A DNA stretch of 64,000 bases from Phoronis australis (lineage: Eukaryota; Animalia; Phoronida): positions 190,307-254,306 of the forward strand of contig NMRA01000382.1 of NCBI GenBank assembly GCA_002633005.1, given 5' to 3'. Below, one piece after another: positions 40,340 to 50,589 of the stretch; within the stretch, counting starts at the first letter, position 1; each line of letters begins with the position of its first letter. Below the pieces are notes generated by a model that was not told the DNA's origin, did no database searches, and saw only the letters and a list, made by a program, of their open reading frames with translations. The translations under genes and the position numbers were made by a program.

Positions 40340-41620
40340 GTATTTTTTTGTAGAACAGTGAGCTGGTAGTTGAGTGACTGCGTCTTGTACAGTCGGGCTG
40401 ATGTGACCTTTGTTTGTAAAGTACATGAATTCTAGAAATAATGAGTATTTTTCCAATGTTGTATCGGCAAGTTTGAATAAGTCTTTACAAGAGATAGTAG
40501 GAAATGTGTTATTGGGCGAATATCCTCTTATTTCGTTAAGAAAAATATTCAATTCTTTGAATGAGGCTTTTATTCTGACCATGTTTTGTGGTTTTTATTA
40601 TATTTTCTACGTGTTTAGAATGTTCATTGCATTGGTTAAAATGAAGAGGTTCACCAGATTGTTTGAGTGCTCTATAACATAGTGCGTTTTAAGCTCGCGC
40701 CTAATCTGGTCTAAAAACATGTTTGTTTTTTTTTGATAGCAAGAGCTTTAAACTTGGATGTAATGTTTTTCTCTACGCTGTTTGTTAGTTCTTTATTGAA
40801 TCAAGATACTACAGTATCGAGACCATTTCCACTGAGAATTGTATCCCACTCGTGGTTGATTTAGTCGCTGTGCAATTCAATTTGATTGATGTGCGGTATT
40901 TCCAATCACGTTTTTAAGAGAGGCTTCTTTGTGAGCTTAACATTATGGTACGGTCGTATGTGTATGAGTGACCGAGGGGGGCAGAACGAACGTGGACAAA
41001 TATGTATTTGAGGTTGTTGGTAAAACACAAGTTAATGCAAGATTTGGGATTTGCGGGGATTCTTGTAGGCTCGTTGATCAATTGTACAAAGTTGTTTTCA
41101 AGTAGAACGTCGAATAGTTCTATTCCCGCATGGTGATCTTAGTCGTCAGGAAACCAGGTAATTTTTCAAGCGTTGAAATCATCGTTCACGATGACTGCTT
41201 GATTATGTTAAGAAATTTCAAGATGGTGTTTGGATAAAAGATTGAAATCTGCATTGCACTCGGCAGAAGAAATCCCAGTTAAGTGTCTTAAAATTTGCGT
41301 GTTATTCAATCCACCATGTGCATACGTTTCTCTAATTTTATCAGAAAACACCTTATATCCAACAGATTTATCAATAAACAAGATTATAGCTCGGTCACTG
41401 TTACTATGATATGCCAAAGCATAATCAGGAATAGATATTTTTTCTTAAATTTGTCGCCAAAAAATTCCAGATTCGCATATTGCAACAGGTTTGTAGTAGC
41501 ATTCAGCAACAGTGTGATGTTAATTGATGTTTGTGGAAGGTATATCAAACTTGTTAGATCCAGGGTTGGATTCATTGTCACCAGATCTAAGGAGAAGAAA
41601 GGACCGAGATGAGAACAATT
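40340..41620 (-). mobile_element. Decayed CR1/L2-group LINE: 2A-like N-terminus, APE endonuclease and linker
   Basis: Minus-strand FLLLRSGDNESNPGS (41600-41556) and FVQLINEPTR..SCINLCFTNN (~41020-41095), then a K-rich post-endonuclease region. Confidence 0.7.
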
Positions 41621-42602
41621 TTTATACCTGGTTGCGTCGAAGTGCCATGTTTCAAACTCCTGTTTTTCACAAATGCAACCAGGTTGCGTGCACTTACCAT
41701 CAAGACAGTTAATTAAACCAAAAACTGATTTAAATAATTAAATCAGTTGTTGGCCACGGTAACACTAAAAATCAGACAACTGCAGCACAAATAAAAAGTT
41801 AGTGTTAAATCACCGTTTTGGATATTCATTAGACATCATCAGGATCCCATTTACAAGAATTTAGGATAACCCTTCAAAACCAGCACGCCGCTGATTCTCT
41901 GAATAACATGCAGAGCTCAGTGACTTTGCAATTCTGGTGATGACCAGGTACTGACTATATTCCCCGTATCTCTCACTTCACTTTATGGATGTTACTCGAC
42001 CTGTATGTTGGCACTTGTTGTTCTAAATCGTTGTAAATATGATCTTGATGATGTCTAATGAATAGACGGAACGTTGATTTGACATGAACTTTTTTATTTC
42101 TGCGGCGAATGTCCGGCTTTTAACATTACGACAACATTGCTAAATTGCTAATTGACTTGTGTTTTTGAGTGATAAGGTGTTGCTGGATTTAAGAGTTTTA
42201 TGTTCAATGAGTATATATTCAATACATACTATTGGCTTTCCACCGCAAACATTCACATGTAGTATGAAAATTGTATGCACATACACGAAAAGTGTAACAG
42301 TGGAACTAATCGTTTGAATTCGTCACGAGCAATTATTTTTATGACTTCAAGGAAGAACGGGATAAAACACAATGAATAACCTAAATAAACGGAATGAACT
42401 TAAATTAAACGGCTGGGGAGATAGCAACCCGTCATGCGAGAAGGATACAGACAACCAAAATGGATTGTCACTCACGTTTTGTTAGGCTCATTTTTTTGAA
42501 AATGTATCCTCCGAACTGGCCGTTTAAGAGGTCTGTTTTCAAATCCAGACACATCAATGACAGTTAATTGCCAAAGTGTGCCCGGTGGTACATTTACACC
42601 AA

Positions 42603-42745
42603 CTCTATCGATAAAGTTAGTAAGTGTATCGATAAAATTTATAAGTCTACCAATAAACTTATTAATTCTATCGATAGTTATAGTAAGTGTATCGCTAGAT
42701 TTTATAATTTCGCCATTAAAGTTAGTAAGTCTATCTATAGAGTTT
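42603..42745. repeat. 21-bp minisatellite (consensus ~TCTATCGATAAAGTTAGTAAG), about 7 units, inside a probable MITE
   Basis: Periodic TATCGATA/GTAAGT units; flanks CGGTGG..(42583) and GCCACCGTA (42781) are partly inverted. Confidence 0.75.
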
Positions 42746-44388
42746 GCAACGGAGAAAAAAGTTGCGTGCCGTCCTTTACAGCCACCGTAGTTAACACGCA
42801 GGTTCCACTTAACGATTGAATCAACTGAACCCCTTTTAAGGTAAATGGTCAATGTGCGCAAAACTTTTTTGAGCTAGACTTTTACATTTCACACATCAGG
42901 TTATTATGGTAATGGAAAGCTTTTTACTGAGCTTGATGGTTAATAGGTGCAATTTTGGGACTGTTACATGATCTTTCTTTTTCAGGTTACGCACCCACGC
43001 AGTAAAATGGGTATCCTGATTGACTGGTCGGCCAGTTTTTTAGTGTTTATCACGAAATATCCAATACAATGAATAATATATAACCCAGAAAGCGCCAATA
43101 CGAATTATATCGGGGTTAAATGAATACAAAGAAAACTATAGACAATTATTATACACAAATACATCAATTTAAAGTGGTATTAAGCTTTTACTGACATAAG
43201 ATTACGAATGTTAATAAACCGTTTCCATACACTTGTATACAATTCTATCTACTGGCAGTCGGCATACAGTCGTGTCATTATCAGGTTTACAGTTTCAAAC
43301 CATGTTTACATAATACAGCCCACTTATTATCTGCTTTCATATGATCAGCCCATTTTTAGCCAACATATCGAAAATCCACAGGCCAGGCGAAAAAAAACAT
43401 GCACAGGTCCACCTTCTTGGGAGTTAAATATAATACCACAACTAATTGTGAATAGAAAATAATTAATAAAAAGTAATAGTTAACAAACTGTGTCGGAAAC
43501 CATCCGAGGACGTGTTAGCAATACAATCGCACGAAAGTCTCGTTTTGCGAAACCACTTAATATGTATTACTATGGTAATTTGTCACCCTTACCCTAATTG
43601 AACAAGGCACACCTTTTGGGATGTGTTCCTGTCTTTATGAAATTACGAGTACTATGCTGGTCTACACGTTCCCACATGTCTTTAAGTGTGTCGGTTGTTG
43701 AGTTTTCTTTAAAGCTGCATATTCCTTATCAACTCTTACTTTTCCTGATTGTACTTGCACACACCTTTCACCAGGAATTCAAAAAGTGGACCTTGAAACA
43801 TATTTAAATTTCCACGGTTTTAATAGGGCATAGCATTTTTAGGTTGCTATTCAAGCCCTTAGCCCCAAAAGTCAAAGGTCAGGTGAAGAAACATGTCATA
43901 CATCCAAGTCACCGTGTGATAGAATACATGAGGACACAAGAATGGTCTAAACAAAAATGGAATTTTGAAACGTACTCTTTGGGTTGGAACCTGAAGTCCC
44001 TAATAACCTTTATCAAGTTAAAACCCAAAACATTCAGCATTGGTGGAGTATACTGTCATTGATCAACATGTTAGGAAACATATCTATGTCAAATATCGTC
44101 ACAGCTATTGCAACAAACGTTAACTGGGCTGCTGCGACGCCTATATCGGCCAGCATCACAGTTAAATGCATCTTAGTGTTCCAAAATGTTCACGCAATCT
44201 CAGCTTCGTTTGGCGGTGTAAGTCACCTGCCGTAAACTATTTCGCCATGTACATGTATTGAAGGCCTCGCAAAATGGAGGCTGCATAATTAACCATCGAA
44301 AGTAAGCGTGACTTACATCGCGGTACATACTTTTTACATTTCTGAATCCTTTGTCAAACATAGTGCCATGACATGTTTTTACTTGCAG

Positions 44389-44670
44389 AGATAAACCCCG
44401 ATTGCAAAGTTGACGTTAAAGGATTTGGCTATGACGGTGAGGTTCAGTACGCCAGGACTGGAGATGAGTGCAGGATATGGGCTAGTCCGGAAGTTCAGAG
44501 ACACATGGTCACAAGGGAAAGTTTAATGACATCATATACCATGTGGTCAAGAGCCGTACAACTTTCGAACTTTTGTCGAAATCCGGATCATTCGAATGAG
44601 GGTCCTTGGTGTTACGTAAAATCAGAGGATGTGCCTTCGTGGCGTACTTGTGAAATCAAAATTTGTAACG
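44389..44670 (+). CDS. Kringle-domain exon 3
   Basis: C..G.GYDG..RTGDECRIW..NFCRNPD..GPWCY..WRTC..IC; acceptor TTGCAG, donor G|GTGAGT; 282 nt, phase 1-1. Confidence 0.92.
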
Positions 44671-44689
44671 GTGAGTTTTTGGTGTTTGT

Positions 44690-45390
44690 CCGGACTGCCT
44701 CATGGTGAGCCATACCGGAGCGTAACCGGAAAGCAGGCATGAGAGAAACCCGTCACTGTCTTCTCATGTTTGCTATCTTGGTAGTGCTTAGTACCCACGG
44801 CTTGGCGAACACATTCTTCATGCTTCCCTCGCGCCTCACTCACGCTTATCTCGCGCTTTTTTAACGCATTTGGTAGTTGTGGATAAGTACCGTGATGGTG
44901 CGCCAGGCTAAAAAAAATCTATAGCTGCATATACATGAGACATTGTTTGTGTACACTGTACCTCCCGAGTAATCCGTTGCTTCGGCATCTTACACCAACC
45001 AGTACCGACTAACTCCGTAATTTCACGTATTTGTCACACAAAATAACTTCATTAACTCATTTGCCGTTACATTTATGTTGTCCAGTTCATGCATCCACAG
45101 CCTGTCCCATCAACGGCTTATCCGTGGTTAGTAAAGACTTAGACCAATTTAGTGGCCTGAGGTATAAATGAACAAACGCATGCCTCTACCGACCTTCACT
45201 GTCGTGTTTACAACGTTTCGCGGATGGTTATATTAATTCGCCCTAAACTTAGTTCACGCATCTATATATGTGAATGTACACATGCACTTTCACTCTGTCC
45301 ATTCTTGTGCGGCACTCGTGGAACAGAAAATTCCAATAAGCTCCATCGGGAGGCGGCATCTGAACTACCTGTTCCCTATTGCAAGCGTAT
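44690..45390. repeat. Second copy of the MITE+repeat at 35577-36260
   Basis: Shared blocks GTAACCGGAA, GCCAGGCTA, CGAGTAATCCG and CCCATCAACG. Confidence 0.7.
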
Positions 45391-45482
45391 GTTAAACCCC
45401 AAACCCCAGGCCGTGTTCCAAGTACCATTTCAGAAGCGGGGTCGCCAAAAGAATTTTCGCACCAAAAAAATTTCCCACCAGA

Positions 45483-45710
45483 GATATTTTTCCGATGTTC
45501 TATCGGCAACTTTGAGAAAGTCTTTACAAGAGATAGGAGGAAATGTGTTATTGGGCGAATATCCTCTTATTTCGTTAAGAATTTTCCAGTAGCCTAAGAG
45601 TTTTTAAAAAAATATTTAATTCTTTGAATGAGGCCGTTATTCTGACCATGTTTTGTGGTTTTTATTATATTTTCTACGTGTTTAGAATGTTCATTGCATT
45701 GGTTAAAATA
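45483..45710 (-). mobile_element. Fragment of the same LINE family as 40340-41620, abutting the Maverick left junction
   Basis: Near-identical to 40443-40640; minus strand reads YWKILNEIRGYSPNNTFPPI. Confidence 0.75.
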
Positions 45711-45715
45711 ACAGC

Positions 45716-45981
45716 GTGTGATTGGTCAGTATTTAGGTATTGCGAAACCAGAGTTTTCGTTTGTCGGGTCTGCCCAAACGTGCCCGAACGTGTCTGAAGT
45801 AACCCTATCGGCCTACACCGATTAGACTCACGTGATCTCAAATGCTAACACGTGATTGGTTAATATTTGCGTATTAAATTTCGAGTGATGTCGCGTGTTG
45901 GGCCTGCCCAAACCTGCCCGAACGTGTCTACAACGGGTAGCAGTGCCTATAAATTGAGCGACTCCGTGTTTCAAGTCATTC
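45716..45981 (+). promoter_or_regulatory. Promoter of the PC4-like gene: duplicated upstream module, TATA box and initiator
   Basis: GTGATTGG (reverse CCAAT) at ~45718 and ~45852; TGCCCAAAC.TGCCCGAACGTGTCT at ~45771 and ~45905; TATAAA at 45948; TCATTC at 45976. Confidence 0.6.
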
Positions 45982-46013
45982 GACGATATTTTCGCAGAAC
46001 GGAACACACCAAA

Positions 46014-46382
46014 ATGGAACAGACTAAAATGCATCCACTTGGCAGGAACATATTTGTAACCGTGCAGGACTTCAAGGGTCGTAAAGTGGTACACATTCGA
46101 CGTTATGACGAAGACAACGCTCGACCGGGCGTACTTTTCCCGACAAAGACTGGAATCTGTCTCACTGAAGGTGAATACGAGAAACTCAAGGGATTCATTG
46201 AGATCGTGAACGAAGACCTGAAAAAAATTAAAGAAAAAACCAGTGTGCCTACCAAGAAACGTAAAACGACCGCTCCTCCAAACCTACCGGTTTTGAACCC
46301 AGCGCAAGGAACAGAGAACAAATGTGCGTTTGAAATACGGAATTGGACCGACAACGCTACCGACAGCCAAGAACTCTTTTGA
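46014..46382 (+). CDS. PC4/Sub1-like ssDNA-binding transcriptional coactivator domain protein
   Basis: LGRNIFVTVQDFKGRKVVHIRRY..PTKTGICLT..EYEKL is the PC4 fold signature; NLS-like KKRK; ATG at 46014. Confidence 0.85.
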   Translation: MEQTKMHPLGRNIFVTVQDFKGRKVVHIRRYDEDNARPGVLFPTKTGICLTEGEYEKLKGFIEIVNEDLKKIKEKTSVPTKKRKTTAPPNLPVLNPAQGTENKCAFEIRNWTDNATDSQELF

Positions 46383-46561
46383 AATGACAGACAGCCAAGA
46401 ACTCTTTTGAACCGAAGAGACCAGCAAACGATATAGACAGAGGCAGTAACTTAGCGTGACAAGAGACGGGGAATGGAACTGCCAAGAGACACTAAATTTA
46501 AATATCTGATTAATGTTGCACTGATCTGAATACTGTGTTAGTCAAGATTTGATAACGATAA

Positions 46562-46600
46562 AATAAATCAATTGTTGAAATCGTTTCCATTGTTGTTCTT
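46562..46600 (+). terminator. Poly(A) signal of the PC4-like gene
   Basis: AATAAA at 46562 followed by the GT/T-rich tract TTGTTGTTCTTG. Confidence 0.55.
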
Positions 46601-46665
46601 GTAACCCGTACAAAATTAATGTAAGTAACTCCTATCGTTCAGTCTGTCACGAGATACAGCGCAGC

Positions 46666-47289
46666 ATGGACGTGAGACTCGCTCACCCGTTCACCATGAT
46701 TGTCAGTGGTCCAACGTCGAGTGGAAAAACTCAATGGACCATGCGACTTTTGCAAAACACCACTACGATGATTCATCCTCCCCCGGACACTGTGACGTAT
46801 TGTTTCGGCGAATATCAAGACGTATTTGCTAATTTGACCCACGTCCACTTTGTCGAAGGGTTGCCCGAACTTTCCAGTTTCGATAGACGCAAGCGACATC
46901 TCGTGGTGATCGACGACATGATGAGTGAAATGGATGGAAGCGTGACAAACTTATTTACTAAAGGCAGTCATCATAGAAACGTGTCCGTTATTTTGATAGT
47001 TCAAAACTTGTTCTCTAAAAACAAAGAGATGCGCACCATTAGTCTAAACGCGCACTATCTTGTGTTGTTTAAAAACCCCCGAGATAAAACACAAATTGTG
47101 CATCTGGCTAAGCAGATGTATCCGGGAAATACCAGATTCGTACAGGAATCGTTTGCCGATGCTACCAACGAACCTTTCGGTTATCTTTTCGTGGATCTAA
47201 AACAATTTACTCCAGAACACATGCGGTTGAGGACGCGCGTTTTTCCAGATGAAACGCAATATGCCTACCTTCCCAAAAAATTGAAATAG
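46666..47289 (+). CDS. A32/FtsK-like genome packaging ATPase
   Basis: Walker A GPTSSGKT, Walker B LVVIDD, SHHRNVSVILIVQN and RTISLNAHY motifs typical of Maverick ATPases. Confidence 0.93.
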   Translation: MDVRLAHPFTMIVSGPTSSGKTQWTMRLLQNTTTMIHPPPDTVTYCFGEYQDVFANLTHVHFVEGLPELSSFDRRKRHLVVIDDMMSEMDGSVTNLFTKGSHHRNVSVILIVQNLFSKNKEMRTISLNAHYLVLFKNPRDKTQIVHLAKQMYPGNTRFVQESFADATNEPFGYLFVDLKQFTPEHMRLRTRVFPDETQYAYLPKKLK

Positions 47290-47317
47290 ACCAGTAAGCT
47301 ATGAGTTACGTCAGTCG

Positions 47318-47686
47318 ATGTCCAGACTTTGCACGCGTAAGATGCCCTCTGAAAGGTTGAGGAGACATTCGGATACACTCAAACTACTATCCAATTGTAA
47401 ACCTAGTATTGTCAAAACAATAATTAAACACGCCGACAAGGATCTCATCCACTGCATTTGCGAAGTAGCTGTCAACGAATTGAACGGAAACCTACCGCTC
47501 ACCGCCAATCAGACATCGAAGCTTCGTAAACACAAAACAAGCCTGCGCACTCTTGTAAAGAAGAAGACGCCTCTGAAAACTAAAAGGCATATTTTACAAC
47601 GAGGCGGATTTCTCGGAGCAGTACTAGCGCCTCTCATCGGTGGCTTGGCGGGAACAATTCTTCCCGGGTTATTCGGTCGAAGGTAA
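47318..47686 (+). CDS. Basic virion core/cement protein (pVII-like) with C-terminal hydrophobic peptide
   Basis: K/R-rich; LIHCICE..NELNGNLPL..LRTL..LQRGGFLGAVLAPLIGGL pattern of Maverick core proteins. The start may be ATG 47342. Confidence 0.7.
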   Translation: MSRLCTRKMPSERLRRHSDTLKLLSNCKPSIVKTIIKHADKDLIHCICEVAVNELNGNLPLTANQTSKLRKHKTSLRTLVKKKTPLKTKRHILQRGGFLGAVLAPLIGGLAGTILPGLFGRR

Positions 47687-47687
47687 A

Positions 47688-48341
47688 ATGGAGTACGCAA
47701 AGAAAATGGCTCTCGTTGACCCTCGCTTATTAGAGTCACTCTCCACACCTAAGTCACCCCCTAGTCTTCCCGTCAAAGCTTTGAGTGGGTTGGACCAAGA
47801 CATGCAAAAAATCGTGGAGCGGAAAGACGTTGATGAGAGTCAGAAAGTGAAAATGTACAATCAGATTCTTCGGCGATTTGTTACCTACCACGACAAAATG
47901 AATCAACCCGTAAAAGTGGAAATTAGGGAGTCAAAGCCGGCCGAAGATAAAAACGAGGAAAAGAATATTTCTAAAACAATGGATGCGGATATTGTTGACT
48001 CCGTCCCGGTCTCTATGCGTCGTAAGGCCCAGTTGCTGCTGGAAAAGATTAAAAAGAATACGAGAATGAGCTGGGACGAACGAGGTCGTGTCTACGTTGA
48101 CGGATCACCCATTGAATCTTCAAACATCACCGATCTCTTGAATGACGTGCTCAGGAAACGAAAACGGATGGCACCATCGGGCTGGAAAGAATTTTCTCGG
48201 GAATTGAGAAATGCGAATGTTCCACGGGAACTTATTGGAAATAAAGAACGTTGGTCGTTACTACAAGAGAGCACGGAAACGACTCCCAAAATAAAGAAAC
48301 GAAAAAGGGTTGTATCGCGACCGCGTTGGACCCCATATTAA
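47688..48341 (+). CDS. Conserved Maverick hypothetical protein
   Basis: 217-aa ORF from ATG 47688 with MALVDP, LSGLDQDM, SNITDLL and PSGW..F..L..NVP..LIGN motifs; located between the core protein and integrase genes. Confidence 0.7.
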   Translation: MEYAKKMALVDPRLLESLSTPKSPPSLPVKALSGLDQDMQKIVERKDVDESQKVKMYNQILRRFVTYHDKMNQPVKVEIRESKPAEDKNEEKNISKTMDADIVDSVPVSMRRKAQLLLEKIKKNTRMSWDERGRVYVDGSPIESSNITDLLNDVLRKRKRMAPSGWKEFSRELRNANVPRELIGNKERWSLLQESTETTPKIKKRKRVVSRPRWTPY

Positions 48342-48372
48342 CGACCGACACCACCTAGACCTCTCATTCGCA

Positions 48373-49464
48373 ATGAGACAAAAGGGAAAGAAACAACGCG
48401 ACATTGATGGAAAATTAAGATGCGTGTACTACGATCCAAGGCACCCGGGAAGTTTTGGAGGATTAGACTCCACTCATAGAGGCCTAAAAGGCAAATTGAA
48501 GAAACGAATTGTGAAAAACTGGCTTAGTAACCAAGACACTTACATTCGGCACAAACCTCTGGTTAGAAATTTTACGAGACGACGCGTTATCGTTGGATCC
48601 ATCGATCAACAATTCCAAGCGGACCTCGTAGACGTCTCCAAGTTGGCAAAATTCAATGACGGTGACAGGTACATTCTTACCTGCATAGACGTACTCTCGA
48701 AATACGCTTTCGCTGTTCCACTCCTAGACAAGACGGGAAAAAGCTTAGTTGAAGCTTTCAAACTTATTTTCGACAGTGGACGGAAATGCAAGACCTTGCA
48801 GACTGATAAAGGAACGGAGTTTACGAATCGTGCCTTTCAGAAATTTCTCAAAGAGGAAGGAGTTGGTTTCTTTACTACCCATAACGAAGAGACCAAGGCA
48901 AGCATCGCCGAGCGTTTTAATCGCACCTTAAAAACAAAAATGTGGAAGTTCTTTACGTCTAAAAACACCTTGAGATACGTTGACGTATTACACGATCTAG
49001 TGAGGTCCTACAACAACACGTACCATCGATCTATCAAGACCACGCCCTCGTCTGTCACACGAGCCAATCAAGAGACAGTATGGCAGACCCTTTACGGATC
49101 GTATACGAAGCAGACCCAACCGAAATTTAAGACCGGTGACCGAGTTGTTATAAGCGTGACAAAGCGTCCTTTCAAGAAGGGTTATTTACCCAATTGGACT
49201 GAAGAATTTTTCACTATTGATAAAGTGCTCTCAAGCACACCGACAACATACACGGTGATGGATGATCACGGAGAAATACTCGAAGGAACGTTTTATCAAC
49301 AAGAGCTACAAAAGGTAGCCAATAGAAACGTGTACAAGGTAGAGAACGTCCTCAAAACGCGTCAAAGAAAAAAGCAGACCGAATATCTCGTGAAGTGGGC
49401 GGGATATCCCGACTCCTTCAATTCGTGGGTTAACCAGCGTCAATTTGTCACCTATAACAATTGA
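48373..49464 (+). CDS. Retroviral-type (rve) DDE integrase with C-terminal chromodomain
   Basis: YYDP.HPGSFGG, QADLVD, LQTDKGTEF, SIAERFNRTLK, and chromodomain YKVENVL..EYLVKWAGYPDSFNSWV; frame intact. Confidence 0.95.
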   Translation: MRQKGKKQRDIDGKLRCVYYDPRHPGSFGGLDSTHRGLKGKLKKRIVKNWLSNQDTYIRHKPLVRNFTRRRVIVGSIDQQFQADLVDVSKLAKFNDGDRYILTCIDVLSKYAFAVPLLDKTGKSLVEAFKLIFDSGRKCKTLQTDKGTEFTNRAFQKFLKEEGVGFFTTHNEETKASIAERFNRTLKTKMWKFFTSKNTLRYVDVLHDLVRSYNNTYHRSIKTTPSSVTRANQETVWQTLYGSYTKQTQPKFKTGDRVVISVTKRPFKKGYLPNWTEEFFTIDKVLSSTPTTYTVMDDHGEILEGTFYQQELQKVANRNVYKVENVLKTRQRKKQTEYLVKWAGYPDSFNSWVNQRQFVTYNN

Positions 49465-49493
49465 TACTTACAACATTGTCCTCATTCACTAGC

Positions 49494-49757
49494 ATGAGTT
49501 CCAACCAAACGGACGCACCCGACGAGAATTTTGAACTTGGTAATATAACAGAGAAAAACTGGCTGTTATTCGGACGAAAAGTACCGAAGAAGGAAATCGT
49601 CTTTTTCAGTCAAATGATCGTTCTATTCACCGTCATAGTGTGGAGTTTATACAATTTGACAACAGGGGACGACAAGCAGACTCTTTGGGTGACGCTGATT
49701 AGTGCTTCACTCGGTATCGTCTTACCTAATCCGTCTTTAAACAAGAATGACAGCTGA
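49494..49757 (+). CDS. Small two-transmembrane protein
   Basis: Hydrophobic segments IVFFSQMIVLFTVIVWSLYNL and LWVTLISASLGIVLPNP; has its own TATA/Inr; overlaps the minor capsid start. Confidence 0.7.
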   Translation: MSSNQTDAPDENFELGNITEKNWLLFGRKVPKKEIVFFSQMIVLFTVIVWSLYNLTTGDDKQTLWVTLISASLGIVLPNPSLNKNDS

Positions 49758-50520
49758 ATCGATGTTCTATCTTACACTTCCGAGCAACAGCTCCATGAAC
49801 TATTTCCCCGACAACACGCTCGCGCAATTTAAGACTAAGCTTCCCAGAGACATAGACCTGGACGGACGTTGGGAGGTAGGACTTGCAGAAATTCAATTTC
49901 CTAACACGTACTACAACATAAGACACGGCGAAGCTTGGATGAGAACGAAACTAGGAAAGGACGACGGGTATGCGCTCAAGACTCTCGCTCCGGGATTTTA
50001 TTACAGCCCAAAAGAACTGGTCAAGAGCGTTCACGCCATGCTTAAAGGACCCTGGGGTTCAGACAGAGATCAAAAAATTAAATTGGGTTATAACGACGTG
50101 ACTAATAAGATGCATATGCGTGTCAAGAAAGGAGCTGAAATTACGTTCAGTCCTAAATTAAAAGACATGTTGGGACTCGATCGGGAGAGTTATACCGACG
50201 ATCCGGGTATTTATTACCCCACACAGATGGTCGATGTTCATCGAGGATTTTACGCTCTCTACGTCTACTGCGATCTCGTGGAATCGGTCGTTGTGGGAGA
50301 CACACTCGCACCGCTGTTGAGGATTGTCCCCTTGAAAGGAAAGCCTGCGGAGACAGTAGTTCGTGTTTTTGAGACCATTCAGTTCAAACCTCTACAACGA
50401 AATCACTTTGGTACCATTGAAATTGACATTCGTGACGATGTGGGCGATGTCATTCCGTTCAATCGTGGCAAGGTTGTGGTCACTCTCGCTCTGAGACGTG
50501 CCCGTTCTTCGTATTTTTAA
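49747..50520 (+). CDS. Minor capsid protein (penton, single jelly-roll)
   Basis: FYLTLPSNSS..FPDNT..F.T.L..L.G.WEVGL.EI and LYVYCDLV..VGDT.APLLR..IEIDIRD motifs of Maverick pentons. Confidence 0.9.
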   Translation: MTAESMFYLTLPSNSSMNYFPDNTLAQFKTKLPRDIDLDGRWEVGLAEIQFPNTYYNIRHGEAWMRTKLGKDDGYALKTLAPGFYYSPKELVKSVHAMLKGPWGSDRDQKIKLGYNDVTNKMHMRVKKGAEITFSPKLKDMLGLDRESYTDDPGIYYPTQMVDVHRGFYALYVYCDLVESVVVGDTLAPLLRIVPLKGKPAETVVRVFETIQFKPLQRNHFGTIEIDIRDDVGDVIPFNRGKVVVTLALRRARSSYF

Positions 50521-50589
50521 CAACCCATAAAAGAGATTGAATAAGCCGCGAACCCTCATTCTACAAGAGGCAACTGTGCTCAACACAAG

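Noticed and set aside
42603-42745. Possible CRISPR-like array, and ORFs 42472-42861
   Set aside because: Contiguous 21-bp tandem units with no unique spacers and no cas genes, in a eukaryotic context; the ORFs result from the repeat periodicity.
45580-45600. AGTAGC as a possible Maverick terminal AGT repeat
   Set aside because: It lies inside the LINE fragment and has no inverted partner at the right end.
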